From: Obrimoposthia wandeli
Taxonomy: Eukaryota
Reading direction: 5' to 3'
Assembly (NCBI GenBank): GCA_977020255.1
Contig: CDROCS010004962.1
Span: forward strand, 62,001-126,000
Length of the DNA: 64,000 nucleotides
Shown here piece by piece: positions 19,384 to 33,408 of the stretch (position 1 is its first letter; every line of letters starts with the position of its first letter). Made by a program: the position numbers and the translations under genes. The notes beneath the pieces were generated by a model. That model was not told the origin of the DNA, searched no databases, and saw nothing but the letters and a program-made list of their open reading frames with translations.

Positions 19384-22300
19384 ATACTTATGAATCAAAT
19401 ATCTGCAAAGAACATGGGGTACAGTGTATCCGGTATATGCATTCAAAAAAGAAAGGCGTCCTTTTAACGCTGAAAAGCAGAGAGAAGTCCAAAAAATAAG
19501 AACCTCTAAACTTCTTACGCAGCTATGAAAAGACCAATTCCCCTCCATTATCATGGATGACGAATCGTATTTTACACTCACACATGATTAACTATCTGAT
19601 ATTGTGTTGAAGAATGGATGGAAGGGTGAAACTCATCGGTAACTTAAGCAACACATACAACTTTGCTTGGGCCAGATTTATATGGAAGTCATTGCAAATA
19701 TGATGGCTAGTATTGTTGATACCTTGAAATAAGCAACAAAAAAACATGGTGTAGAAAGACTTCTCCATTAACTGGATTACTTTATTTTGTTTGTTATAAT
19801 ATATTTGCCTTGTATTTAGCAATAAAATCTGTTACAAAATCTTTTCACGGATTTCAAGTATACACCCGTTATATATTGTAATTAACTTTACAGATTAATT
19901 TAGATGTAAAAATCTAATTGGATGATATTTTTAGTGACACCTGTTTAAAGTGATTCAATTGATAATTCGTAATAATTATGAAAATCAAGTCTTGATGTAG
20001 TAATCGCATACATTAGCATTAATAATTAATTAATTTTTTTACAATCGCATACAAATAATTCTCATCTATAGTACATATAAGCTTTCTCTATATTTTTAGT
20101 TATAACCCTAGCACATATTCAATATTAAAATATGCTACGGGTTCCATAATTGATGCAGATTCCATATCAAAAACAAATTTTCTTCGGCTGCTTAACTACA
20201 ACTTATTTTATAAATTTCTTGGCAACCCATAATCATCAATTTAAAATACAAATAATCATATCATATACATAGTCATGATAGCACAATAAAAAGAACATTC
20301 ATTTCCCGTCTCTCCAGAATAAAATAATTAATATTTTTTAAAATTTTTTCAGCACGCGTACAAAATATCTGCAAAACACAATAATTTAAATTGTAAGATA
20401 TAAATGAAGAAATTTACAATCTGTTTAATAATATTGTCAAAATATTGTAAATAAAATTTGAGTTTTAATAAAATTTTAAAGTTATGAATATTGCAAATTA
20501 TTTTGATGAACTCCTAAGTTTTAATTATAATGAGTCAATCTCCTAAGTCAAAATTGTATTACTCTAAGCAACGGAAGTATATTATATTATCTAAAACAAC
20601 ATACACATAAAAGATACATCTAAATGCGCTTTCAAACAAAAATGTTCTTATAAAAGTAGGTACCCAAATCTTCCGCTAATTCAATGAAATGTTAATATAA
20701 GAAACAACAATAAAATGATGTATTATATAATTAATTAAAGAGTAGTAAAAGTGAGATCGATGTAAAAGAGAGTTAATTTTGTTGAAAATAAATAGAGATC
20801 AGTTGATATGCGTGATTAGATATATGGTTATTTACTCATTGGAGTTGTTCAAATTTTCTTGATAAGCCGTATTGGGATTTTGTTCCACTCTGAAGGGTCT
20901 CTCTACAAATATTGAAAAATAAATCAAATAAAGTATGAATACTCCAAGACATATTGATAATAAAGAACATGTATTTCTTCAAACAAAACCTCAAAAACTT
21001 TATAAACTTCAGTTTTCAAGATACGCACGATAAAATGATTTAAAGAATTAATCTCAAACTCGTATGCGAGTCAGGTACACAATTTGACAATTTACGAATT
21101 CAAGTTATTTAGCGCTCGTCCATGAGTAAAGTTTATTGCTGGCTTTAACATAATATCAATCTGCAGTTTTAGGTCCAGTTTGAGATCACTATTATAGAAG
21201 ACGGAACAATGAAACTAATTTTAACTAATCACACATTCAGTTGATTATACATGCATACAGTTCATCATAACATTATTGTTTACATATTTCTGTACAATAT
21301 TGTAAAAATAAAGGTGCACTTAAATATGCATTTTGGTCATTTCATCTTGCTGTTCGTTAGTTTGAAAATTGATTTCAATTCTTCCCGAATAGGGGGGCAG
21401 TCAGAACCGTAACTTGAAAACACGAACCCGCCTGATCGGAGACAGAGGTAGCAATACAATAAAGGGGGAAATAGAAAAAACCGTTAGCTACATATATGAA
21501 CAATACGTTAAGAATGCTAATTCCTATTCACATAAAGAAAAAATAGTCGATTTGTGACCTTTCAATGACATCAGTAATTATGGTTTGGCGTTCCCCAAAA
21601 AGCTGTTCAAGGAGGGAGAAAATCCCTGTTACGGGACTGGGGACAGTAGATCATAATCGTTTATAATATATGGCTTAATTGAAATACCATTGCAACCTTA
21701 CGAATTTTTCCTAGTGTAGGAACGTTGTTTAAAATCTAATTCTAAGATCGAAAATTACTACCCAAATGAACTCACTTTGTTTCGGAATGTTGCTGATTCG
21801 TAGTGAGCTTCACCATGCACTCGTTAGCAACTTTGAACTGAAGAGTGTTTAAGGGTTTGTAAAAATGTATGTTATTTTGAAAAAAAATTTACCAGTTTTA
21901 GTAGGATTTTAAAAAACATTAATCAAAACTTTATTTAGTTCGTGAAATTATGACAATTTTACAGTTTACGGATTCATTCAAACAAACAAACATGAAATAT
22001 TTAGTATGGCGCTAGAATCTATCTGATAATATTAAACGTTCAATATCATCTATTGAACCAGTGACTTCTTCATCGATTTAGCTCTCTCATTAAAAATGAA
22101 GAAATTGATAACAAATATATTCATTTACTTTTACTAACTCTTCCAGCTCGTGATTCTCTTTTTTGCAAATCACCTCTGGATTAAAGATTAAAATTTTAAA
22201 GTGAATTCTTTGATCTTCACTAAAACTACCCCTAATTTTTCAGACCTATTATAAGAAAATGTAAAAGCAACCAATCGTTTCGAATATTGTAAAACTGATT

Positions 22301-23069
22301 CTGTTGGTATTTTTCCGCTGTGTTTATCAATTAAACCCTTCGAGGTCACTCAACTGTGTCCAATTTATCCCCCAGTTCTAAGAAATTTATTTACATGTTT
22401 TAAGACCCACCATCAATATTTGTTGCCATATTCCTGTATGTACTTATTCTTTTTTTTTGTATGTGTGATAAAACAATTAGTCTAGTTAGTTATGACACAC
22501 AGAAAGCAAAGTAAGTGCTCGAAAACTTAGATTGAACAAGCAAAGGTTTTTACAAAAAGATGTTGACAACAAAAAGTTTTTACAAAACATTGAACAAAAA
22601 GTTTTTAAAACAAAAAGTTTAAGAAACTTTTTTTAAAGTTTTAAACAAAAAGTTGTTTACAAAATATTTAACAAAGAAAGTTTAAAAAAAAAAAATATTT
22701 AAAAATGAATTAATATAATACAAATAGGATCTTGACTATTAAATCATATACAATATAACAAAATGTGACCTTCACTAATAATTATTTTGAAAAAATAGAC
22801 GTATTATAGTATGATTTTAAATTAGCGCGCATAAAAATTGATGCATTTAAACAAAAACATTAAAAATTAGACCAAAATCGGTCTTAAACAGAATTACTTT
22901 AACACACTATGATCTACTTATGAATTTGATCCTCAACATCATGTGTACTATAACAAAATGTGACCTACTTTTCACATTGACCTTATAAAAAGAACGTACT
23001 ATAGTGCGTTTTTGAAATTTGCGCGAGTTTTTGCTTAGTTATCGCCTGGGGGAGTGGCCGCTAGTCCTC

Positions 23070-24900
23070 ACTTCCTTCTACTCACTTTACATACATTTAC
23101 AAAGTAACTAATATTCCCCATAACAAAAATGTTGGACGAATTAAATGGGTCAAAATATGTTTGCACAATTGATCTTGGTAATGCATACTCTCGAGGTGAA
23201 TGAGATGAAGAACTATTTTGTATTACTAGTGCTACAGCAACATTTGAAAAGCTGATGACTGAGGTAATAGTACCAGCAAACTGGAAAAAAACTGTAGTCC
23301 ATATTGATGACATTTTAATATTTGCAAAAAGCGAAAAAGAACATAGAGAAAGATTGGAAAAAGTGTTACAACGAATCGAAGAGGCCACACTTAATGCTGT
23401 TTTAATACACAATGAGTCAAATATCTTGGTTATTAAATTAATAAAAACGTAATTAAAATAGATAATGATAAAACAAAAGCGTTACAGGAATCTGAAAGAC
23501 CAAGGCGTATTAAACGCCTTCAAAGTTTCTTAAAATAACTAAAAGGTGTTAAGGACGTTGTAAAATATGTAAGAGTTTTAGAAAGTTTGTGTGGTTCGAG
23601 CAAAAGTAAGCTGATTTGGTCTGATGAATGTGAAAAAGCATTTTTAAATCTAAACAACTAATTTATGAGCAGAGCTAAATACCCTAAAGCGAAAAATGAT
23701 TTTATCTTTGATACGGATGCGTTTTGATGGGACGTAGCAAAATGACCAAAGACAAGAACAAGATCTAAAGCCATAAAAAAGCACGAACTAGGATATTGTA
23801 TCACGAGAAAAGAACTATTGGGGATTTCTCATTTGACTCAAAGTTTCAGGTATTATTTATATGGAAAAGTTTTACTTTGATGGGGGTCCATAAAGCGATA
23901 AAGCGTATGATAAAAAAATCACTGTACAGTTTTTCAGACATGATTGAATTATCTCAGTAGTTTAGATACCATAATGCAATATCGAAAAGGAGCTATATTC
24001 GAACACAGATACTCTATCTAGAAATAACTGTGTTTTATGTAATCAATGTCTGACTATTTATGAAAATGGGGATAAAAATAAGACAAAAGTGCTGGTGACT
24101 AAAGATTGCGAAAGTGTGAATAAGATGAAAATAATTTAAAGAACGCAAATAAGACACACATGTCATGCGGTTTGTAAAAGTCACCGATTATGTGAAGAAG
24201 AACATGAAATGAAAATTACTGCGTCAATTTTAAATAAAACGGTAAAGAATTGTGAAATATGTCAACAAAAAGAAAACACTTGGAAATACGAAACAAAAGA
24301 ATATATTATAAACCAAGGAACAAATGATGTTTTCAAAGTTATTTTTATAGAATTTTCTGAACATCTTAAGGACGGCTACAAGTAAACAGTATCTTGGCAA
24401 TCATAGATCAACTTAGTATAAATATTTCTTTAGTGGCTGTAGCTCATCAGAACGAAAAAACAATAGCAAATATATTGAGAGAAAAGTGGATTTTTAAATT
24501 CTGTGTGCCGAAAGAAATTCATTCAGGTAGAGGCCGCGTCTTTGAATCAAAAGTGTCAAAAGAACTATCGAATTCACATCGTATTACTATAAAGTTCCCA
24601 AGTCTGTACCATCATAAAGCAAATGGACGTGAAAAGACAATTTAGGACGATTAGAAACGCGTTAGCCACTTTACTGTGAAAACAACATCTAAATAAAGGA
24701 TGCAAATATTACCAGATGTGGAATTTATGATTAACGTAGAAGCATAGCAAAGAACGGACTTTTCGTCCACAGAGTTTGTATTTAGACATACAATCTATCC
24801 GATTTTAGTAGTAGAAAAATAGTCGAAAATATAAGAATGAAAGAAAGCATAAGACAAAATAGAGAAGTTAGAGAAACTAAATGACAATTTTTGAAAGAAA
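23070..24900 (+). mobile_element. Degenerate Ty3/Gypsy pol (RT-RH-INT)
   Basis: LDEL.GSKY..TIDLGN, VHIDDILIF, FI.DTDA, Y.ITRKELL, integrase YLAIID and WIFKFCVPKEIHS..G..FES; many stops. Confidence 0.85.
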
Positions 24901-25218
24901 ATTAAGTGTAAGTTTAAAAAAAAACATTAAAAACATCCTTACTAAATTTTAAAAAACGTCATGATATAATTTAAATTTTGAAAACTAAAATGGGTAAAAC
25001 TTTAATACCTAATGTAGAATGGTTGTAAGGTTTTAAAATGGAGGAATGTAATGATGAAGAAATTGCAGGACTGTTTATTTTAAAATATTGGTGGTTTGTC
25101 TGTTTTAGATATAAGGTAATGTGTCAGGAGAATAAACCATAACACTCCCTTTTTAGACGATGGCAATTCGGAGAATAATACTGAACATCAACGTCATAAA
25201 ATAATTTTTGGTTTAGAA

Positions 25219-25667
25219 CAGTGTTTCTCAATCTCTGTTAGTCCATGGTTCGCTTAGCAACATAATATTTCCGGTTGCCCACATAGGTGATTGAAAAAAA
25301 ATAAATAAAAACTAATGTTTTTAATGAAAATACAAACACACCCTGAGAATTATCCAGTGGAGCCTTGGGGTGGATATTAAACAAGTTAATATTCAAATAA
25401 TAATACCATAATATTACGATTAAAAATACTAAAATAATATTATTATGATTTCTTTAAATTTTTTATTAAAAGGTATCATCGTAAAGTATAAATGCATTTT
25501 GTAGATTACCAGGAAACGCAAATTTAATAATGTAGAAATAATATAAAATATGTAACCAAAATTGAGCAACATTATGGGGATTTTGACGGAAGCTGTTGTG
25601 ACGCACAAGAAGAGTCTGATTCCCCAAACTAATATTTCTTACTCGTGGTCCCGGTTGAGAAACACTG
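25219..25667. mobile_element. hAT (Charlie-like) MITE
   Basis: TIRs CAGTGTTTCTCAA / TTGAGAAACACTG; 8-bp TSD GTTTAGAA / GTTTAGAG. Confidence 0.9.
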
Positions 25668-25929
25668 GTTTAGAGGGATATTTTCAGACTTAACAAATAC
25701 AATCTTTAAAGATTTTAAATTATTTTAAAATTCATAGAAAATTGTAAATATGTAAGCGAAGTAACTTATTGATCAAATAAATTATCATATTATTCCAATA
25801 TCAATTCCTTTCATGTATTTTCCTATTTTAAAACACTCGCGAAACACAGCCCTTTGAAAATTTTGGAAGTTTATTCGAAATTGTTTGGTTTTCAGTTCAC
25901 TCCAGAATTCTAGAAATTTATTTCTCACC

Positions 25930-26788
25930 TTGATGAACTTGCGGCTCTTCTCACTGAGTCCGTATGAGGCAAGAGTGAACCTGATACCAAGCGCCACTAA
26001 CAATATGGCAACAACAACGAGGGATGGACCCACGAATACACCTTGATCAAGTGAGAAGAAAATATTGCCAAAGTGGTTCAGAATAATCACAGTCAGACCC
26101 GCTATCAGAAATAGAAGAGCGGAAAAGTAGCACACAAACCCATATAAAAAGGGAGTGCGACCAAGTCCGTACCACGGTTTTGCGATCTCCCGACGAATCT
26201 GAATTAAAATCAAGTCGTTGTCTCATGGTTAGACATAATTACTACTAAATTTTGAATTATAATTTAATTTTAACGATTTTAATTGATTTTTTAAAGAATT
26301 TTAAATTAGAATATTATTTTTATTTGAGTTTTTTACGTAACTTATCATTAAAAAAAAATTAAATTAGTGAAAACATTGTAATATTTAATTTTAATAATAT
26401 AATATAGATGACGGTTAGTATCGATACTTACCATTATATCCTGAGCTTCTTGTTGGATAGTACTTCGTTTCAGAGCTAAGGACGCTAAAGATGCATTCAT
26501 GCTCCTAGACTTTGCTGCAGGATTAAGAGTACCAATGGACTTGAGAGATCGGACACTTGTAGGTAAACCGATTACATGATAAGAGTCGGGTAGATCTGTA
26601 TTCATCAATTGACGTGTTCTGTCTGAGATTGGTTCAGTGAATATTGAATGGCCAAGTTCGCTATCGGCACATCGATAGCTCATAATACTTTGAACTTCAC
26701 TTCTGGGCTCATTTTGATAAATGTGGGGAGGAGATTTACCCGCATTTTTAATTATTTTGATTTTTGATTTATGGGAATATTCTGACAT
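25930..26788 (-). CDS. Host gene, two exons seen, predicted two-transmembrane protein of unknown family
   Basis: Exon 1 from the ATG at 26788 to the donor GTAAG at about 26432; exon 2 about 26220-25930 with two hydrophobic stretches, ending at the donor AAG|GTGAG; downstream exons not resolved. Confidence 0.7.
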
Positions 26789-29289
26789 ATTTAGATTTGC
26801 GTTTGAAGATTTAAAAATATCTAAAAATATTTTTCACATTAAATTAGAGTTATTATACATTTTTCTTGACAAATAAGTAAATAATTAATCTAAGTAAAAG
26901 TAAAATTAATAATATTAATGATAATACATTAATACAATTCAAAAATGATATGATAAGTGTATTAAGAAATAGCACAGTAAAACTGCCAAATAAATATTCC
27001 AAATGATATAATTATTTAGATTGAAAGAAACTTATAGATCCCAATTTTGTTTAGTTTATAAGTGCGAAAAGAAAATTTTAATGCTCTGAGATTCAGCATT
27101 TTCTTTAAAATTATAAAGACAGTAAAAGATCTATAATTTCTACATTATAAAGTTTTCATTTAATTAATGCAGCAGAGTTTATTCATTTTTAAAAAGTTCA
27201 CTGTAACTTCAAATACTCCATAATTTCATTTCTATATTCTTCATCGTACATGGTGAAATAAGAGTTTTTATTGAATTATTTTTAATAAATATATTTAGAC
27301 TGCCGATTAGCAATTGATGCAACAAAAATTAAATGAAATAAATTTTAATGTTTATTACACACATACTAATATTTAAGATAAATTTTATAAATTTTAACTG
27401 GAAACTATTATTGTTACTAATATTAAATAATAAAACAATAATCTGGGACGCAATTTAGTAGGTTTAAAGAGAAATAATTCACCTTGACCGGGCATTGAAC
27501 CACAGTATCACTACTAGTAAGTTATGTATCATATCAATGAACCACAGTTGCTTAAATGTCATACGATAACCAAAATAATAATTTAGAATAGGAATTGTGA
27601 GTTTACAATTTGTAATGTAACTGAATTTAGTCAAATATTTATCTTAACAAATATATATCTTTATATCAGAATGATTATTTTATACGAGAAAATTATTTAA
27701 TTTACTTACTGTTAAGACTGAGAATATTACAAATATTATTATCATATTGAAGTCTCATTTTATATTCTGAACTGCCATCACCATATATTGTATTTTTACC
27801 AAATTACAACTATTGGGGTTTTCTAGAAACTCTTTCTTAGAGTCCTCGTATGGAAGCTCCCATCGTGAGTGCTATGGAGATATATATTGTGGATCTTTTT
27901 TGGCCATTACAGTTTAATCAAAATCTGAAGGTATTTGTGCTGCGTATTTGTGATGGCTTCAATTAACCGAAATATCCCAAAACTATTGGAGTGGGATATA
28001 GGTATTGTATGCAGCCGGTTAGACCAAATGTTAGTTATATTTTTTAAAATTCTAGCTAACTCTATACTAGTAAAATGGGGACTTATGAGCCGGACGACTC
28101 TACAGCAAAACGACATTTCTAGTGTACGGCATGGGTTGTTTTTATGCAGGTTGAATCTAGGCCGTATTACAAACCTTTTATTTCTTATTAACTCTCAGAG
28201 TGTTAACGCGTCTTTGATGAAAATGAGCAGAGTTTGTTGACAGTTGATTTAGTCTAAAATTACCATCATTTATTAAAATAACATTTTGAATCACCAATCA
28301 ACAGTTAAACTCTAATAGTGGCAACACAATGTGCGTCCTTTAACTTCTTGGTTACAAATAACTGAAATAGTTTATGTCTATAAATTCAACGTACTGCAAT
28401 TAATACAGCTATTTCTATATGAGTTTCGACGGAATTAAATCAATAATACTTACTATTGTCATGTTATTCCAAGGATTGTAGGATTCAGTTCATTTTTTGA
28501 TTTGAAGCTGAACTACGAAATGGTGTAATTCCGAGATCTGAAGTCGAACTGTGAAATCAATTTGTAAACGTTTTTTGAAACAACCTAATTCGACTTTGGA
28601 TATTTATTTGACAGTGATTTTTGTCACTGAGGCTTCAACTGTGGAAAATTCCGCTGAAATTTGCAGTCTGGGTGAAGTTGTTTCCTTTTCTACTATAGTA
28701 GGAATTTATTTAATCTTCACTTATATTTCTTTATTTTGTAGGTCCTCTTTTTTCATACTGTTGTCTTTATATACTCTTACACATTTTCAAGACCTATCAA
28801 GGTCATAATTTCTTTCTTAGTTTTACTTTATTTTTACCATTTGTTTCTTAATTTATTTTTTATATTTTATTAGTTAAGCAAGAATATTTTATTGACTATA
28901 AATAGCTGATTTTAATATTTTTTTATATTCTAACACAACTGTCAAATAATCGATTTACTTAAACCCAATATTTAAGTACCAAAATAAGATGAAAGGTTTT
29001 TCACAATCACAGTCAACAAGTTATTTTAAATTTCAATTTTCTATGCAAAATCTTATGATTAAATTAGTTTTCAAAATGTTTTATATCCCAAAAACAGTAT
29101 TTCGAAGTGATACTTATCAGTAATTATCACCATGCATCCGCACGTTTCAATTATTGGTCCAATGCTATATTCGATTTATACCTCGCCAGTTGTAACTATT
29201 AAAAGCTTAACAATACTCCTTTCACCTCTATGCTGATGACACACAATTGTTTTAATTTATTCTGATGACTATACAATAGGGTAATAACT

Positions 29290-31330
29290 TTTTAACATCA
29301 TCGAACTTCCATGATTTTACAGGCTGAGAATTTGTGAAAAATCAATGAGTTTTATACATTCAAGCATTTTTATAACAAAATCCTCTCCCATGAACCAAAA
29401 TGCTAAAAATTAAATTTCTTGAATATACCGAATTATTATCATTATCGAATTGTATTGCACTAAAAATGCATACACGCTACGTCTAATACGAAAGATTATT
29501 CCAAAACAAATTTCAATTTCAAAGTACGGTTACTTTTACAACGAGCCAAGTCCCGCATAATTTTAATTCCACGTTCAGCATATATGTTGCTGCGTTGACA
29601 GTTCAACCGCAAATCGTCGACAACATAGTGTCGGTCAAATGACTTGTTGGCCTTCTTGAAGGGAAGTACGACTGATTTAAGTTTTTTCATACGTTGTCAC
29701 ATAATACAGGTGCTTAGAAAACCATACGTCTGACCACACACCGGCAATGAATCGACATACAGGCTTCAGTTCCTTACACCAATCCGGCAGCAAAATGAAC
29801 GCATGTAGTGCCAATATTCTCCGAGAGTTCCATCTAAAGATATTACTGTAGATAAAAAGCATGCTATAACAAAATTATTTCAACAAATAAAAGACCTCCA
29901 ATGCTGATGTATGGCACTGATTTGAAATTCACAAATGAAAATTATCATGCTTCTCGTAATTCTGGTAATACTGTACAAGTTCCAAAAGAAATTCCATATC
30001 ATCTCTCCATCTAATATTTGAAATCTTGATCTTGACGCCGCTCGTCTCAAACTCTGACTTTAGAGTAACATAGTTTTCTACTAACTGATTTATAAAAGCG
30101 TAGCTGATATTAGGTGATGTTGTTTTGCCTTCCAATACTTATTCCATTACATGCTTCAAAAGCAAATCAAGCACGTGGTGTTGGCACCCAATGTACTTTA
30201 TTCGTCAACACTGAGTGATTAAAAATGCTTCTTCAGTGAAGTTAGTACCCCCCCCCCTTTCGGCCAGTATTTGAATTTGTAGTGTCTGTTATAATCATTT
30301 TCACATAACTTCATAAATTAAAATCATCAAAAATAGTTTTAATTTAAGAATAACTAGTTTGACTTCTCTATTTTCATTTTTTAAAATCGCAACTTGTAAC
30401 TCTATATTGCTCATCTTCTTTCCATCTAAATTTAAGGCCCATTTCTCCTCCAAAAGTGTATGATTCAGGTTAGCTGTAACTTTCTCTCCTTCTTGATGAA
30501 TTGCTTTAAGAACTCCAGCATGCTTAGGCGTTGGTAGGGCGACACCATCAATAGCCAGCTGTTGGCAAATTTTGTTTGTTTTGTGGGAGCTTTGCTTTTC
30601 TCGATAGCTTGGTTGCTGTATGTCACTTTTTTTCTTAATTTAGCAGGAGGTTTATAAAAATTGTCATAGTCAATAGTAGATGTTGATTCAATGTTTGAAT
30701 CACAAAGTATGTATGAGGTGCTTTGAGCTGTTCCTGTCACATGGATATATTTACTTGGATGAACTGGTAATGTAGCTGCATATGAGAAACCAACTTCGCC
30801 CTTGGACTCTAATTGTGTGCCATAAAAAGCTCGATCTTCTTGGCTTAGCCAAACATCTTTTGCGTTCGTAATATCAAGCAGATCTGAAAACTGACTGCTC
30901 AACTGACCAAGACTTTAATAAGTTGTCATACTTCGAAATCAATCTATTCGCCTTTCTTTGAATTAAAATTCTAGCTATAACCAGGATACTCAATTTTGAC
31001 CATAGCTTTTCCAACTCAATAAAAATCCATTTGAAACGTCCCACTCTAGATTTCTCCTCTGTTGCCATTGCATAAAAACGACCTTTCACAGATAATTCCC
31101 TTGATAATCTCACCGTAGAAAATAAAGAATCCTCTATATTAGGTATTGCATTTCGCTTGCTCTTCGATCTTTCAAAGGAAGTAAGATTTTTAGTTCAAGG
31201 GACAGCATTTTTATCAACAATATCCTTACTTTTTTATAAGACATTCCAATGTGCATTCAATTAGTAATTTATAAAACAATGTAAACAACTCAATTTCAAT
31301 AGATGCCGAATTTATTTTCTAAATTTAAAT
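29290..31330 (-). mobile_element. Degenerate hAT-like (hATm-type) DDE transposase
   Basis: YIGCQHHVLDL (cf. CRHH), RWNSR....L, AERGIKIM motifs spread over broken ORFs; subfamily assignment from memory. Confidence 0.55.
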
Positions 31331-32006
31331 CAATAAATGAAAATTATTTAAAATGTAAAATTAAAAATCATATATTTTTACTAATAAAGTTTTATTTGGG
31401 ATGTTTTTAGAAATAATGCTGATAATATAGATATTTTTGTTATTTTGTAACAAAAGGTCACTCCATGAGACATTGTAAAATTGTAAATACTAAAAAAATG
31501 ACCGAGTTATCACCCCACTATACAATCAAATTTTCTGAAATTGAAAGTCTTATTAATGAAATAGCTATATTGATGAAATAAAGACAATTAAAGATTAATG
31601 ATACTAAAACTGAGGTTATATTATTTGGATATTAGAATAATATAAACCGTATTAAAGTAACAAAAAAGAGTTTCGTACATAATCCAAAACGTCATAAAAA
31701 AGAACATTTAATGCGTTCTCGATGAAAACATTACAATGAATTATTAAATTAATAAAGTAATAAGAACATGTAACAGTCATATCTAAAAGATTATTTTTAA
31801 ACAAAAAATAACATACTACTTAAATATTACAATGCTAACGCATGATATTATGACATCAGGATTTGATTTAGAAAATTATTTACTGTTTAAACAAAGCTGC
31901 CAGAATTATATTTCAATTCAAGAAAATTCCAAGTAAAAGTGAACATTTTAGGGAACTTCTTTGGCTACGAATCAATGCCAGAATTAATTTCAATATCGTA
32001 CATATT

Positions 32007-32685
32007 TGTTTGGATTTAAATTTGAATAGTTAATGGTTAATTAAAATGAATTACGGAGGTAAATTGGGTTTCAACCTCCGACGGGATAAACCCGTCTCGC
32101 CCTGCCGGGCTCTTCAGCGAAGTGGCTTTATCTCTGACTTCACGATAAACAAACGCCTGCAAAGCCCGACATAAGAAATGAAATAAATTCCATCACACAT
32201 ACACACACAGACAGACAACAATTTATACATATATACACACTTTCCAACTCACTCCCTACTCTCTCATTACTCACCAATCGCTTTCCGTACTCATTCATTG
32301 TTCTGTGTGTATGTTTGTAAATGTAGCACGTTTTCCCACCTTCTCAGAATCCAAGCAGGCGGCCAAAAATCCAGGCTGTGTATCTGTGTGTGCAGAGCCG
32401 TGTATTTATCTTTTCCCTCTCTCCATCAGTGACGGCCACTCTATCAGCGCTCTCAGCCTCGCTCTCGCTCAGTTCCTCTCTCATATCTATCTTTACCATC
32501 GTCCGCAGGCTCCAACTACCAGTTACAAATATACAATTATTATTAATGCATAAATATTTATCACCACAAAAGGTCAATGTACAATTTGCCACAAAAGTGA
32601 ATTTATTGAAGAATCACAAAAGTCCACGAAAAGTTTGTCATTACAATATATCTACGAAACCTTTACCATTACCAACTCATTAACA
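32007..32685. mobile_element. LTR-like insertion related to 2835-4069
   Basis: TGTT...AACA ends; shares the hammerhead, adjacent hairpin, CA-rich tract and GTGTGCAGAGCCG with the first LTR; no clean TSD found. Confidence 0.6.
32074..32123 (-). ncRNA. Type I hammerhead ribozyme, degenerate copy
   Basis: ACUUCG CUGAAGA GCCC ggca GGGC GAGA CGGG uuuau CCCG UC GGAGGU. Same scaffold, but GAGA replaces GAAA and there is a G-G mismatch at the base of stem I. Confidence 0.8.
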
Positions 32686-33408
32686 AAAGGTATTATTTGA
32701 CAAAAGCATATATATTTATATGATTTTCTCGAGTCTTGTACATTGAGTATGCATATGAATCTTACTAGTAACGATAATGACTGTAGATTGGTCAAGAAAT
32801 TCTCCACTAACAAACCGAAACATGGAATATTTAACTATTATACTTTGAATCTGTACAATAATTTAGCGATAAATATAAGAAACTGTAACAATATTGGAAT
32901 ATTCAAAAATCATCTAAAATCATGGTCGATCCTTATTTGTCACAAATATCTGAAGGCTACTTTGTGTATTGTGATAATTTGATTGGGTTTAGCCAACTAT
33001 TAATTTATAGCATCAGGTTTCTTATTGGTATTGGTCTGCACTAAATTTGTGATACGAGTGTACAAATGGTTTCTTAAGTAGATTATTTGTGACCTATTGA
33101 ATGTATGCGTATTCGAATCGAGTAACATCGTCAATATCTATTCTATGGTTAACACGGTTAAATTTCTAGTAATGTAAGCTTATCAAAAAAGACTTTATTA
33201 TTCGTTCTCAATGCAAAATGAGTTTAATTCGTAAAAACACCTTATACTATAAGATATTTACAACAAAACACTTTAGTTCAAAATATAAGAATAACAAACA
33301 CTTTAATATATATATATGCAAATATTTTTTTTACTCAGTTATTGTGACAAAAAATATTCCAACAAAATCAGTTCATAATTAAATACAAAGATAAACGTTT
33401 TTAGCAAT

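Larger units (their letters stand above)
17330..19600 (+). mobile_element. Tc1/mariner-superfamily transposase fossil split by a solo LTR
   Basis: HTH-like N-terminus ...TIQTVYDVL...R..GSG...IHHT rejoins YESNICKEHGV after the LTR; first catalytic Asp motif IIMDDESYFTL at about 19552-19585. Confidence 0.8.
29200..33000 (+). mobile_element. L2/CR1-like LINE RT fossil fragmented by nested insertions
   Basis: FHLYADDTQL at about 29220; KTEVILF, AARI...EHF..LLWL..NARI.F at 31600-32000; LYNNL..NIR....I..FK.HLK at 32840-32920. Confidence 0.65.

Noticed and set aside
22700-23065. Possible non-autonomous Helitron ending ...GGCCGCTAGT
   Set aside because: Internal duplications are present, but the 3' hairpin is weak and no 5' TC end or AT target could be fixed.
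24425-24455. Possible hammerhead (CTGATGAG...GAAA on the minus strand)
   Set aside because: Stem II does not close next to GAAA and there is no stem III or I; it lies within Gypsy integrase sequence.
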